From positions 19,095 through 83,094 of the forward strand of contig JAISZO010000003.1 in assembly GCA_031269105.1 (NCBI GenBank): a stretch of DNA of 64,000 nucleotides. Direction: 5' to 3'. This DNA comes from Planctomycetaceae bacterium (GTDB lineage: Bacteria > Planctomycetota > Planctomycetia > Pirellulales > Thermoguttaceae). Shown here piece by piece: positions 50,839 to 59,464 of the stretch. The notes under the pieces are model-generated. The model was not told the DNA's origin, ran no database searches, and worked only from the letters and a program-made list of their open reading frames with translations. The translations under genes and the position numbers were made by a program. Within the stretch, counting starts at the first letter, position 1. Every line of letters starts with the position of its first letter.

Positions 50839-50991
50839 AAGGTAGGCAACGTCTCGCCGAGACGTCGCGTCGGCGATAGCCGACTTGCCCCTGTTTACGG
50901 ATAAACCGTACAGCGCCGCGAAGCGCCGTAGTTCATCGGATTCACCGACGCTTTACGGCGTCCAACCTTTCGGCGAAAGGTTGGCTACCTC
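50839..50991. mobile_element. REPIN-3: inverted REP doublet, paralogue of REPIN-1
   Basis: Arms at 50839-50884 and 50947-50991. The flanks 50801-51023 align with 45584-45822. Confidence 0.8.
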
Positions 50992-51073
50992 GTCATTTTT
51001 AACCATAAAAAAACTCCGATGATATATTACGAAAATTCTTTTAAAACTCATTTTACGATAATCAGTATTTGTA

Positions 51074-52477
51074 ATGGTCAGATTACCCAATAAAGAAAGT
51101 CAGACGGTAGAATTTAAAACGTCTTTCGATAAAAACGTTATCGAAACTCTTGTCGCGTTTTCCAATGCGAAAGGAGGAACCGTTTATGTCGGCGTTGCAG
51201 ACGACGGAAGTATCAAAGGAATTGACGTCGGCAAAGAAACAATCAATCAGTGGATCAACGAAATCAAAAATAAAACCGTTCCTTGTCTTATCCCCGACTT
51301 TGAAATCATTTCCGCGAAAAAGAAAACTGTCGCGGCGTTGACTATTTCGGAATACCCAATAAAGCCGGTTGCTTTCAAAGGGCGATTTTACAAGCGTGCG
51401 GGACATTCCAATCATGTACTTTCGGCGTCGGACGTCGTCAATCTTTATTTGCAAACAATCAATTCGAGTTGGGACGCTTATCCCGACCCGTTGCATACGC
51501 TTGACGATATTTCGCTCGACAAAGTACAATCGGCAATCGAACGGATTAAAAATAACGGCATGACAATCAATGAAAACCCGTTGTCGTTTTTGATGAAATA
51601 CAATCTTTTGCGCGACAATCAGATAACCAATGCCGGTTATTTGATGTTCAAAAAATCGGACAGCGCGGAAACGACGATTGAGTTGGGCATGTTTCAAACG
51701 GAAATTATTATTAAAGACACGGCGAGAACCAAAAGCGATATTATCGCGCAAGTTGATGAAATTTTGGATTTTGTAAAAAAGCATATCAATAAAGAAATTA
51801 TTTTTACAGGCGCGGCGCAAAGCGTTCAAAAATGGCAATATCCGATGGAAGCGATACGCGAGATCGTGATCAATATGATTGTTCATCGCGATTATCGTTC
51901 CGCATCCGATTCCATTGTCAAAATTTTCAACAATAAAATTGAATTTTACAATCCCGGACGTTTGCCCGAAAATATTTCAATAGAAGATTTATTATCAGGC
52001 AATTACCGTTCCACGCCGCGCAATAAAATGGTCGCCGATTTTTTCAAAGAGATGGAACTGATAGAAAAATACGGTTCCGGTATTCGGCGCATTGTCGATG
52101 AATTTGCGGAATACGGATTGGCTCAACCGGATTTTAAAAATATCTCCGACGGTTTTATGGTCACGACGTATGCGTCTGTTTCAGAAGACGTCACAGAAAA
52201 GGTCGGTGAAAAGTTGGGTGAAAAGTTGGGTGAAAAGTTGGGTGAAAAGTTGGGTGAAAAGTTGGGTGAAAAGTTGGGTGAAAAGTTGGGTGAAAATCAG
52301 AAAAAAATCATTGATTTAATGCAAACTCATGTTTTTATTACTATACCTGAATTATCAGAACAAATTAAAATTTCGGAAACCGCTATTCAAAATAATATCG
52401 CCAAACTCAAAGCGCGAGGACTTATAGAACGTATCGGTCCTGACAAAGGCGGATATTGGAAAGTCAATGAAGTTTAA
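51074..52477 (+). CDS. AlbA_2 (Schlafen-like) DNA-binding/ATPase-like protein with a C-terminal wHTH
   Basis: ESQTVEFKTSFDKNVIETLVAFSNAKGGTVYVGVADDGSIKGI (AlbA_2), NMIVHRDYRS (HATPase_c_4-like), LIERIGPDKGGYWKV (wHTH tail). Confidence 0.8.
   Translation: MVRLPNKESQTVEFKTSFDKNVIETLVAFSNAKGGTVYVGVADDGSIKGIDVGKETINQWINEIKNKTVPCLIPDFEIISAKKKTVAALTISEYPIKPVAFKGRFYKRAGHSNHVLSASDVVNLYLQTINSSWDAYPDPLHTLDDISLDKVQSAIERIKNNGMTINENPLSFLMKYNLLRDNQITNAGYLMFKKSDSAETTIELGMFQTEIIIKDTARTKSDIIAQVDEILDFVKKHINKEIIFTGAAQSVQKWQYPMEAIREIVINMIVHRDYRSASDSIVKIFNNKIEFYNPGRLPENISIEDLLSGNYRSTPRNKMVADFFKEMELIEKYGSGIRRIVDEFAEYGLAQPDFKNISDGFMVTTYASVSEDVTEKVGEKLGEKLGEKLGEKLGEKLGEKLGEKLGENQKKIIDLMQTHVFITIPELSEQIKISETAIQNNIAKLKARGLIERIGPDKGGYWKVNEV
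52205..52288 (+). repeat. In-frame 12-nt tandem repeat x7 encoding (GEKL)7
   Basis: ggtgaaaagttg x7, read directly. Confidence 0.95.
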
Positions 52478-52509
52478 ATTTTACTCAATCAAGTCAACAA
52501 AATTTTTTA

Positions 52510-52623
52510 TTCGCTCCGAAAACGCCGATTGAAGAAGGCGTTGAAAAATTTGCGGAATGGTATCAAGATTTCTATGATCCGAGAAAGCCGCGAAATTTCA
52601 CGAAATCTTTTGAGAAAAAATAA
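52510..52623 (+). pseudogene. C-terminal remnant of an NAD-dependent sugar epimerase/dehydratase gene
   Basis: FAPKTPIEEGVEKFAEWYQDFY resembles the conserved C-terminus of UDP-sugar 4-epimerase-type SDRs. No upstream body is present. Confidence 0.5.
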
Positions 52624-52759
52624 CTCGCAAAAAGGTTAGCGGTCTTTCGCCGAAACTCTATTCCGGCTTGACTTGCATTGCGATGATCGATAATATTGAA
52701 AGAAACGTTTGCGTCTCAAATTTTAAGCTCTTAAAACAACGTTTCTTTCAACAACGCTT

Positions 52760-55114
52760 ATGTCAAAAAAACAAAAAATTTCTCAACAACCGACGACGTC
52801 CGATCAAAAATCCGATTTCCTTCAAACGCTCGTTTGGGGAATCGCCGCGGCGATCTTGTTCTATTGTTTCTTCTTTTTGACGCTTCCGTTTTCGCCGTTG
52901 AGCGACGCGCAAAGCGCTTTTCCGCGATTTCAATTCTTCTCGCTGGCGCTCGACGCGGAATCGCGCGCGCTGTTGACGACAATGTGGTTCGGCGAACAAA
53001 ATACGTTTTCTCTTTCGCCGTTGATAAGTATTATTGGAAATTTCGCTTTTCATATTGGCGGCTTGGCGTTCTTTTTCGGATGGTTCTTGGCTTTTCCGTT
53101 TCGATTTGTGCGAAAACCGTTTCGTTTGACGTATTGCGAATTTTACGTTTTTTACTCGGCGATTGGGTTAAGCGTTATCTCTCTTTCTTTATTATTACGC
53201 GGGCTGTTCGGCGATTTAACAAAATCATGCGACGCGATTGTTGTTTTGTCTTATGTTTTTATCGCGTTTTATGCGATATTTCTCGTCATTCGAGCCGCGT
53301 CTTACAACCGCAAAAATAAAAATCGTCCGATTCCGATGGAACAACGGATTTTCAATCCGCCGAATCGCTGGACATTTTCGTGCTGGTTCATGTTAGCGCT
53401 TTCGATTCCGTCGTTGTTGACGTTATTTTTCGGCGGCGTTCTTCCGCCGGTGGAATACGACGTCGTATCCTATCATCTTCCCGGCGCGAGACAGTTTTTT
53501 GAAACCGGCGTTCTTCGGTTTTCGTCCAACAACGTTTATACCAACATGCCGTTTGGCGCGGAAATGTTTTACGTTGCCGGAATGTTTCTGGCGAAAAACT
53601 GGAATCCAAGCGTCGATTGGTATCTCGGCGCGTTAGCCGGTAAACTTGTTATCGCGTATTGTACGTTTCTGACGGCAATGGGACTTTACGCATTCGGACG
53701 ACGGCTTCATTCGCCGCAAGCCGGAATGATTGCGTTTTTTCTTTACGTTTCCGCGCCTTGGATCAATTGGGTTTCTACCGCCGGATTGATCGACTGCGTT
53801 TTCGGAATGTATCTGACGCTTGCGGTTTTCGCGTTTTATTTGTCCGTCTTCGCAACGCGGCAAAACTTATTATTGTTGTTTCTTTCCGGTTTTATGGCGG
53901 GAAGCGCCGCGGCGTGCAAATACACGGCGATTCCGTTTCTCGTCGCGCCGTTGACGTTTGCCGTTGTCTTTTGCGTTTTCCAAAAAGAAACGTTCATTTC
54001 GCAGCGAACAACATCGGAAACGTTTCGCGGTCGCCGGATTCGCATAAGAAAACTTCTCGTCTTCGGCGGATTTTTGTTGAGCGTTCTTTTAGCGTGCGGC
54101 TTGTGGTACGGTAAAAATTTTTACGAAACGGGCAATCCGTTTTATCCGCTTTTGCACAACGTTTTCGGCGACAGTACGGGAATATGGGACGCGGCGAAAG
54201 ATTTGCGATGGCGTCGCGCGCATTCTCCGCACGGTTTTTCGGTCGTGCTGTTTTTTCAGGATTTGCAAAATTTTTTGATCCAAAGCGATTGGCTTTCTCC
54301 AATTCTTATGCCGTTTGCATTCTTGCCGTTTCTGGATTCGCTTATCAATAAAAAATCAAGACGGCGCAACCGAACGCTTTATTGTTTGGCGTTGTATGTT
54401 GCGTATTTCTGGATGCTTTGGTGGTTTGCGACGCATCGGCTGGAACGTTTTTGGATTCCCGTTCTCCCGATTGTTGCGTTATTGGCGGGAATCGGAGCGG
54501 TTTCGTTTGTGCGTATGACGTTCTCGGAGAAGATTTCGCGAAAGTCAAAAACTTTTCGGATCATGTTTGTCGGAGCGGCGCTGTTGTTCAATACCTGTTA
54601 TACTTTTTTTCCCAACGCGATTTGTGCGCCGGGAAAATACAGCCGTTTCGGACTCGGCGTGGAAGCGGCGCGTCTTGATCCGAACCGCGTCATGCCGACG
54701 ACGTTGTATTTCAACGCCCATCCGCCGTCGGGAAAACTGCTGTTGATCGGCGACGCGGAGACGTTCGATTATCATGCGCCGACGTTATCCAATTCCTGTT
54801 TCAACGACACGGAATTTGACGCTATCTTTTTCGACGTTCCAACGCCGCAGCCGACAATCGACAAGATTTCCTTGCGAACCGACGAGGAAATTAAAAAACG
54901 TTTATTACGAGCAGGAATCAGCCACATTATTGTCAACTGGAGAGAATTGCAACGTTTCCGTTCGCCGGGCAATTACGGTTACACGTCGGATTTGGTGCAG
55001 CCGGAAATATTTGACGAACTTATCCGCCGCAAGATTCTTCAGCCGCAACCGCAAATTCCGGCGTCGCCGAATCAGGCGGTCTATCGAGTGATATTGGATT
55101 CCGCCATGCCGTAA
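52760..55114 (+). CDS. Large polytopic membrane protein, probably a GT-C fold glycosyltransferase (ArnT/PMT-like)
   Basis: 784 aa with about 14 TM helices followed by a soluble C-terminal domain. No catalytic motif confirmed. Confidence 0.45.
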   Translation: MSKKQKISQQPTTSDQKSDFLQTLVWGIAAAILFYCFFFLTLPFSPLSDAQSAFPRFQFFSLALDAESRALLTTMWFGEQNTFSLSPLISIIGNFAFHIGGLAFFFGWFLAFPFRFVRKPFRLTYCEFYVFYSAIGLSVISLSLLLRGLFGDLTKSCDAIVVLSYVFIAFYAIFLVIRAASYNRKNKNRPIPMEQRIFNPPNRWTFSCWFMLALSIPSLLTLFFGGVLPPVEYDVVSYHLPGARQFFETGVLRFSSNNVYTNMPFGAEMFYVAGMFLAKNWNPSVDWYLGALAGKLVIAYCTFLTAMGLYAFGRRLHSPQAGMIAFFLYVSAPWINWVSTAGLIDCVFGMYLTLAVFAFYLSVFATRQNLLLLFLSGFMAGSAAACKYTAIPFLVAPLTFAVVFCVFQKETFISQRTTSETFRGRRIRIRKLLVFGGFLLSVLLACGLWYGKNFYETGNPFYPLLHNVFGDSTGIWDAAKDLRWRRAHSPHGFSVVLFFQDLQNFLIQSDWLSPILMPFAFLPFLDSLINKKSRRRNRTLYCLALYVAYFWMLWWFATHRLERFWIPVLPIVALLAGIGAVSFVRMTFSEKISRKSKTFRIMFVGAALLFNTCYTFFPNAICAPGKYSRFGLGVEAARLDPNRVMPTTLYFNAHPPSGKLLLIGDAETFDYHAPTLSNSCFNDTEFDAIFFDVPTPQPTIDKISLRTDEEIKKRLLRAGISHIIVNWRELQRFRSPGNYGYTSDLVQPEIFDELIRRKILQPQPQIPASPNQAVYRVILDSAMP

Positions 55115-55268
55115 ATTTTTTCTCGCGAAGAAACGAAAAAGCGCCGATTTTTATTCTCCAAGAGTTGATTTTGATTATCAGCATTCAGAAGATTTTCATA
55201 CGCAAGGAACGCCAAATGCTTACAAATTTCCCTTAACGACCTTGCGCGTTCAGGAGGAACGGTTGCAA

Positions 55269-55297
55269 TTGATAATTGATTTCATTTATGATAAAAT
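55269..55297 (+). promoter_or_regulatory. Sigma70-like promoter candidate for tyrS
   Basis: TTGATA-N17-TAAAAT with a TG in the extended -10 position. It is about 180 nt upstream of the ATG. Confidence 0.4.
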
Positions 55298-55477
55298 GAA
55301 AAGGTTGTCTCTTATTCGGAACGGTTCATAATCTCGTTGCGAATGGCGTCTAACGGGAATTTAGCGGCAATAACGTTGTTGGTATTGCAAACGCGCCTAG
55401 GCGTTGATTATCGTGTTGCGCGACGCCAAAATAAAATCTTTCACAAGTTGGAACATCCAGAACAAAATAAACTCATA

Positions 55478-56767
55478 ATGCAAGACATCGTCAAAGAACT
55501 TGAATGGCGCGGAGCGGTCCATCAGAAAACCGACGAAAATATCGGCGCGTGGCTGATGGAAAAACGCCGCGCGGTTTATGCCGGTTTCGATCCGACGGCG
55601 GACAGTATGCACGTCGGACATTTGGTGCAACTGACGTCGTTGCGGCGGTTTCAAAAAGCGGGACATCGACCAATCGCTCTCGTCGGCGGCGCGACCGGAA
55701 TGATCGGCGATCCAAGCGGCAAATCCGAAGAACGCAATCTTCTCACGTCGGACGATATTCAGCGAAACGTCGCCGGTATCCGAAAGCAGATGGAACGCTT
55801 TCTCGATTTCAGCGAAAACAACGATAAAAATCAAAACGGCGCGGCGCTTCTCAATAATCACGATTGGCTCGGCAAATTTTCGTATCTTGATTTTTTGCGC
55901 GACGTGGGAAAACATTTCTCCGTGAACGCAATGTTGGCGAAAGATTCGGTGAAATCGCGGCTCGCGCAATCCGGCGCGGGAATGAGTTATACCGAGTTCA
56001 GTTATCAGCTTTTGCAATCGTATGATTTTTATCGGCTCAACAAAGATTATAATTGCGAAATCCAAATCGGCGGAAGCGATCAGTGGGGCAACATCACCGC
56101 CGGAATCGATTTTGTGCGACGCATGGGCGGACGACAGTTGTACGGATTAACCAGTCCGCTGCTGACGAAAAGCGACGGAAAAAAGATGGGGAAAACCGAA
56201 TCCGGCGCGCTTTGGCTCGACGCGGCGCGGACAAGTCCTTACGCGTTTTATCAATACTGGGTGAATCTCGACGATGCGGACGTTGGCAAAACGCTCAAGT
56301 TTTTCTCGGAAATATCGCGGGAAGAAACCGATGCGGTGATTGAAGAACATCTCAAAACGCCGGAAAAACGGATTGCCCAGAAACGTCTCGCCGACGATCT
56401 GACGCGATTGATTCACGGCGAAAACGGTTTGCAAACCGCGCGGCGCGCGACGGAAATTTTCTTCGGCGCTGAAATCTCGAATCTGAACGATTCGCAGCTT
56501 GTCGAAATCTTTACCGACGTAAAAAGCAAACAACTTCCGCGAACCGCCATTGAAAACGGGCTGCCGATTCTCGACGCATTTCTCGAAGCGGGACTTGCTA
56601 AATCGAAAAGCGAAGCGCGCCGAACATTACAACAAGGCGGAGCGTATATCAACAACCGCAAAATTTCTAACCCGGAAACAAAATTAACGCAAGATCACCT
56701 CGCCGGCAAAACTGTTATGATTTTACGAAGCGGCAAAAAAAATTACGCGCTGTTGCGATTTGTATGA
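55478..56767 (+). CDS. tyrS: Tyrosine--tRNA ligase
   Basis: HVGH (HIGH), KMGKT (KMSKS), and a C-terminal S4-like domain. Confidence 0.9.
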   Translation: MQDIVKELEWRGAVHQKTDENIGAWLMEKRRAVYAGFDPTADSMHVGHLVQLTSLRRFQKAGHRPIALVGGATGMIGDPSGKSEERNLLTSDDIQRNVAGIRKQMERFLDFSENNDKNQNGAALLNNHDWLGKFSYLDFLRDVGKHFSVNAMLAKDSVKSRLAQSGAGMSYTEFSYQLLQSYDFYRLNKDYNCEIQIGGSDQWGNITAGIDFVRRMGGRQLYGLTSPLLTKSDGKKMGKTESGALWLDAARTSPYAFYQYWVNLDDADVGKTLKFFSEISREETDAVIEEHLKTPEKRIAQKRLADDLTRLIHGENGLQTARRATEIFFGAEISNLNDSQLVEIFTDVKSKQLPRTAIENGLPILDAFLEAGLAKSKSEARRTLQQGGAYINNRKISNPETKLTQDHLAGKTVMILRSGKKNYALLRFV

Positions 56768-56865
56768 GATGAAGCGAGCAAATATCCGTAGTCGTTAGAG
56801 AGATAGAAAAAAAATTCGCCGCAAAGATTTCGCAAAGTTTCACGAAGAAAAACTTTAAGCGTCTC

Positions 56866-56894
56866 TTGACAGTATTTAACAAAAGCGTTATATT
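56866..56894 (+). promoter_or_regulatory. Sigma70-like promoter candidate for the 56951-60337 operon
   Basis: TTGACA-N17-TATATT. Confidence 0.4.
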
Positions 56895-56950
56895 ATTCCT
56901 ATAATATTTAAGAGGGGCGGTTTATTATTTCACTGAAAGAAAAAAGCGTC

Positions 56951-57535
56951 ATGGCGGAAAAAACAAACGATCAATCTAAAATCGACGAAATCAATATTGC
57001 TTCCGTTTTTCTGAAATTGTTGTTTTCTGGAATTGCGGCGTCGGTGATTTTGGGCGTATTTTGCAACGGCGTCAACGGAATGATTTGCGAGTCGTATTAT
57101 CCTATTGTTTTACGTTGGGAAAATATATCGTTCGCTTCATTTTCATTCTCATTGTATTGCGCCGTTATTGCGCAAGGCGTCTTTGAAGGATTGTTGTTTG
57201 GAATTGGTTTCTCGTTGGTTTTCACGATTGCCGCGTTGGTTATTTTCAAAAAACGATATTCCTGGCGTTTGGGAATAAAATATCTTTTCGTTGTCGTTCT
57301 TGGCGCTTTGATCGGTTGGTCTCTTGGCGGAATTGTTGGTTGCATTTACGCAACGTTCAGTCCAACGTGGATTCCGTCGCAATTTCTACCTGCGGCATTC
57401 GCGGATAGCAATATTTCATTCTTTCGTTTTGCATGGGTGGGCGGCTCTATTTGCGGAATGGAACTTGGCGGATTGATTTCCCTATCGTTTGCCATAGCGC
57501 TTATGTATCAAAAAAGTTTGAAATTACAAAAGTAA
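56951..57535 (+). CDS. Integral membrane protein, unknown function
   Basis: 194 aa with about 5 hydrophobic helices. Confidence 0.5.
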   Translation: MAEKTNDQSKIDEINIASVFLKLLFSGIAASVILGVFCNGVNGMICESYYPIVLRWENISFASFSFSLYCAVIAQGVFEGLLFGIGFSLVFTIAALVIFKKRYSWRLGIKYLFVVVLGALIGWSLGGIVGCIYATFSPTWIPSQFLPAAFADSNISFFRFAWVGGSICGMELGGLISLSFAIALMYQKSLKLQK

Positions 57536-57574
57536 ACTCGTTTTAATTTTTAATCGCAAGAAAAATAAAATATC

Positions 57575-58027
57575 ATGTCGGAAGAAAAAACGTTGAACAA
57601 TACCGAATCGTTTGAACCGAAAATCGTTGCGTTTGTGTGCAACTGGTGTACGTATCTTGGCGCGGATTTAGCCGGAACGAACCGATTGGAATATCCGGCA
57701 AATATCCGAATCATCCGATTGCCTTGCACGGGACGAATTGATTTCAATCTGATTATCAAGGCGTTTGAAATCGGCGCCGACGCCGTGTTGGTTTCCGGTT
57801 GTCATCCGGGCGACTGCCACTACACGGCGGGAAATTTCCACGCGCGCCGACGCTGGATCATGTTTCGCGATCTTATCAATACGATTGGTATTGATTTGGA
57901 GCGGATTCATTTTTCATGGATTTCCGCCGCCGAAGGAAAAAAGTTTCAAGAGTTTGTCGTTGAAATCGTGGACAAAACGCGAAAACTCGGACCGTACAAA
58001 GAGTACAAAAGTATTTGCCGAACGTAA
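57575..58027 (+). CDS. MvhD/FlpD-like hydrogenase iron-sulfur subunit
   Basis: IVAFVCNWCTY, RLPCTGRID, VSGCHPGDCHY. Confidence 0.75.
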   Translation: MSEEKTLNNTESFEPKIVAFVCNWCTYLGADLAGTNRLEYPANIRIIRLPCTGRIDFNLIIKAFEIGADAVLVSGCHPGDCHYTAGNFHARRRWIMFRDLINTIGIDLERIHFSWISAAEGKKFQEFVVEIVDKTRKLGPYKEYKSICRT

Positions 58028-58029
58028 GA

Positions 58030-58617
58030 ATGAACGCTCCCGTTTTATTGATAATCGCTGGACCGAACGGTGCGGGAAAGACAACAACAGCCATGCATCT
58101 GTTACCAAATGTGTTGAATATCAGACATTTTGTGAATGCCGACATGATTGCCGGAGGTCTGTCCCCGTTTGATCCGTTGCAGGTTAATTGGGAAGCGGCA
58201 AAAATTATGGTGATGCGAATGGAGCAATTGATTGAACAACAGGAAACTTTTGCCGTTGAAACAACGTTGGCGTCGCGGTCGTTCGTTTCAGTGATCAAGA
58301 AATGTAAAAATGCTGGTTATTATAACGCGGAACTTTTGTTCACGGCGCTTCCAACCCCGGAACTTGCAAAGGAACGGGTGGCGTTGCGAGTGTCGCGCGG
58401 CGGTCATAATGTGCCTGAAAAAATTATTGAGAGGCGTTTTTACGCAGGATTGAAAAATTTTTTTTATCTTTATTCGCAGCTTGTTGACCAATGGATATTT
58501 GCGGAAAACGTGAATACATCACTTCGAATAATCGCGGAAAGAAAGTTTAAAAATAATGAAGTCAATATTAACGACTTAAAAAATTTTATCTATTATCAGA
58601 ATTTAGCGGAAACATAA
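58030..58617 (+). CDS. Zeta-toxin-like P-loop ATPase/kinase (COG4185-like)
   Basis: Walker A IAGPNGAGKTT, about 195 aa. The start is 3 nt after the mvhD-like stop. Confidence 0.65.
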   Translation: MNAPVLLIIAGPNGAGKTTTAMHLLPNVLNIRHFVNADMIAGGLSPFDPLQVNWEAAKIMVMRMEQLIEQQETFAVETTLASRSFVSVIKKCKNAGYYNAELLFTALPTPELAKERVALRVSRGGHNVPEKIIERRFYAGLKNFFYLYSQLVDQWIFAENVNTSLRIIAERKFKNNEVNINDLKNFIYYQNLAET

Positions 58618-58622
58618 CAACA

Positions 58623-59048
58623 ATGGATAATCGCAATCATTTTCATCATCTTATTTTTCAAGGCGCCAAAGAGGCGATAGAACTTGAGATACAGAAATTA
58701 CGCAAAGAAAAATCGCCGATTCCTGTATGGGAAAACGGACGTGTTGTCGATATAAGTTTCAAATTGCGTATGCAGGCGACAAGCCGTATTTATTTTTTGA
58801 TAGGCATTGCTTTTATGATCGTTCTTTCTGTTTTGGAGGGAGTTATGGTTTATATAACGGAAAAGAACGCTATCGCTTTTCTACTCAATTCAATCGCCTT
58901 GATTTGCGGAATTATGAGTTCCGGCATGTTTGGTCTCGGCGCGTGGTATGGCGATCAGGCAACACGGCGCAACTGTATCCTTTTGCTCGTCTTATTAATC
59001 CCTGCGACTGCGTACCTGATTTATTTATGGTTTACAAACGGATTTTGA
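58623..59048 (+). CDS. Fusion of an antitoxin-like N-terminal segment to a 3-4 TM membrane domain
   Basis: N-terminus GAKEAIELEIQKLRKEKSPIPVWENGRVVDI resembles small partners of COG4185 ATPases. The remainder is hydrophobic helices. Confidence 0.4.
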   Translation: MDNRNHFHHLIFQGAKEAIELEIQKLRKEKSPIPVWENGRVVDISFKLRMQATSRIYFLIGIAFMIVLSVLEGVMVYITEKNAIAFLLNSIALICGIMSSGMFGLGAWYGDQATRRNCILLLVLLIPATAYLIYLWFTNGF

Positions 59049-59119
59049 TTTGGCGGATAATCAAATATTTTTTATCTTTCATTTCTTTGTTTCGTATAAA
59101 AAGAATATGAGAATCAAAT

Positions 59120-59437
59120 ATGAAACCACATGAAGATGCGTTTGGCGGAATTCAATATCCGATCATTTTCATAATAGTAGCTATTTTTATTGTTCCTTCA
59201 ATAGAAATAACGGCGGAAGCGTGTGCAAATTTATATATTTATTTATGTCAACCCAAAGAAAGTCATGTAGGTCTATGGATTGGGAGTATTAGTTTCATGC
59301 TGTACTCGTATCTATTTTTGGAACTTACTTTACTGATATTAGGATTCATCAAAGGCGGAATCGGGACGCGTTTTTTCTGTACGATCCTTTTTGCGTTTAT
59401 GATTGCGGCAATTGGAGTGATTTTAGGACAGGATTAA
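59120..59437 (+). CDS. Small integral membrane protein
   Basis: 105 aa with 3-4 hydrophobic helices. Confidence 0.4.
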   Translation: MKPHEDAFGGIQYPIIFIIVAIFIVPSIEITAEACANLYIYLCQPKESHVGLWIGSISFMLYSYLFLELTLLILGFIKGGIGTRFFCTILFAFMIAAIGVILGQD

Positions 59438-59464
59438 ATTATTTTTCAAACCTTATTGATAGCT

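Noticed and set aside
45622-50991. Repeated GC-rich ~46-nt units that could be mistaken for a CRISPR array belonging to the array-less cas locus
   Set aside because: The copies are palindromic hairpins in both orientations at irregular spacing (0.1-3.5 kb). They lack spacers of uniform length and they flank a RAYT gene. They are REP/REPIN elements, not CRISPR repeats.
51083-51886. 267-aa minus-strand ORF opposite the AlbA_2 gene. Similar antisense ORFs lie at 55397-56065 and 60422-61042.
   Set aside because: They lie antisense to genes with clear family motifs, have odd composition (R/F/N-rich) and have no start context.
52092-52319. ORF with a WVKS repeat
   Set aside because: It is an alternative frame of the (GEKL)7 tandem repeat inside the AlbA_2 gene.
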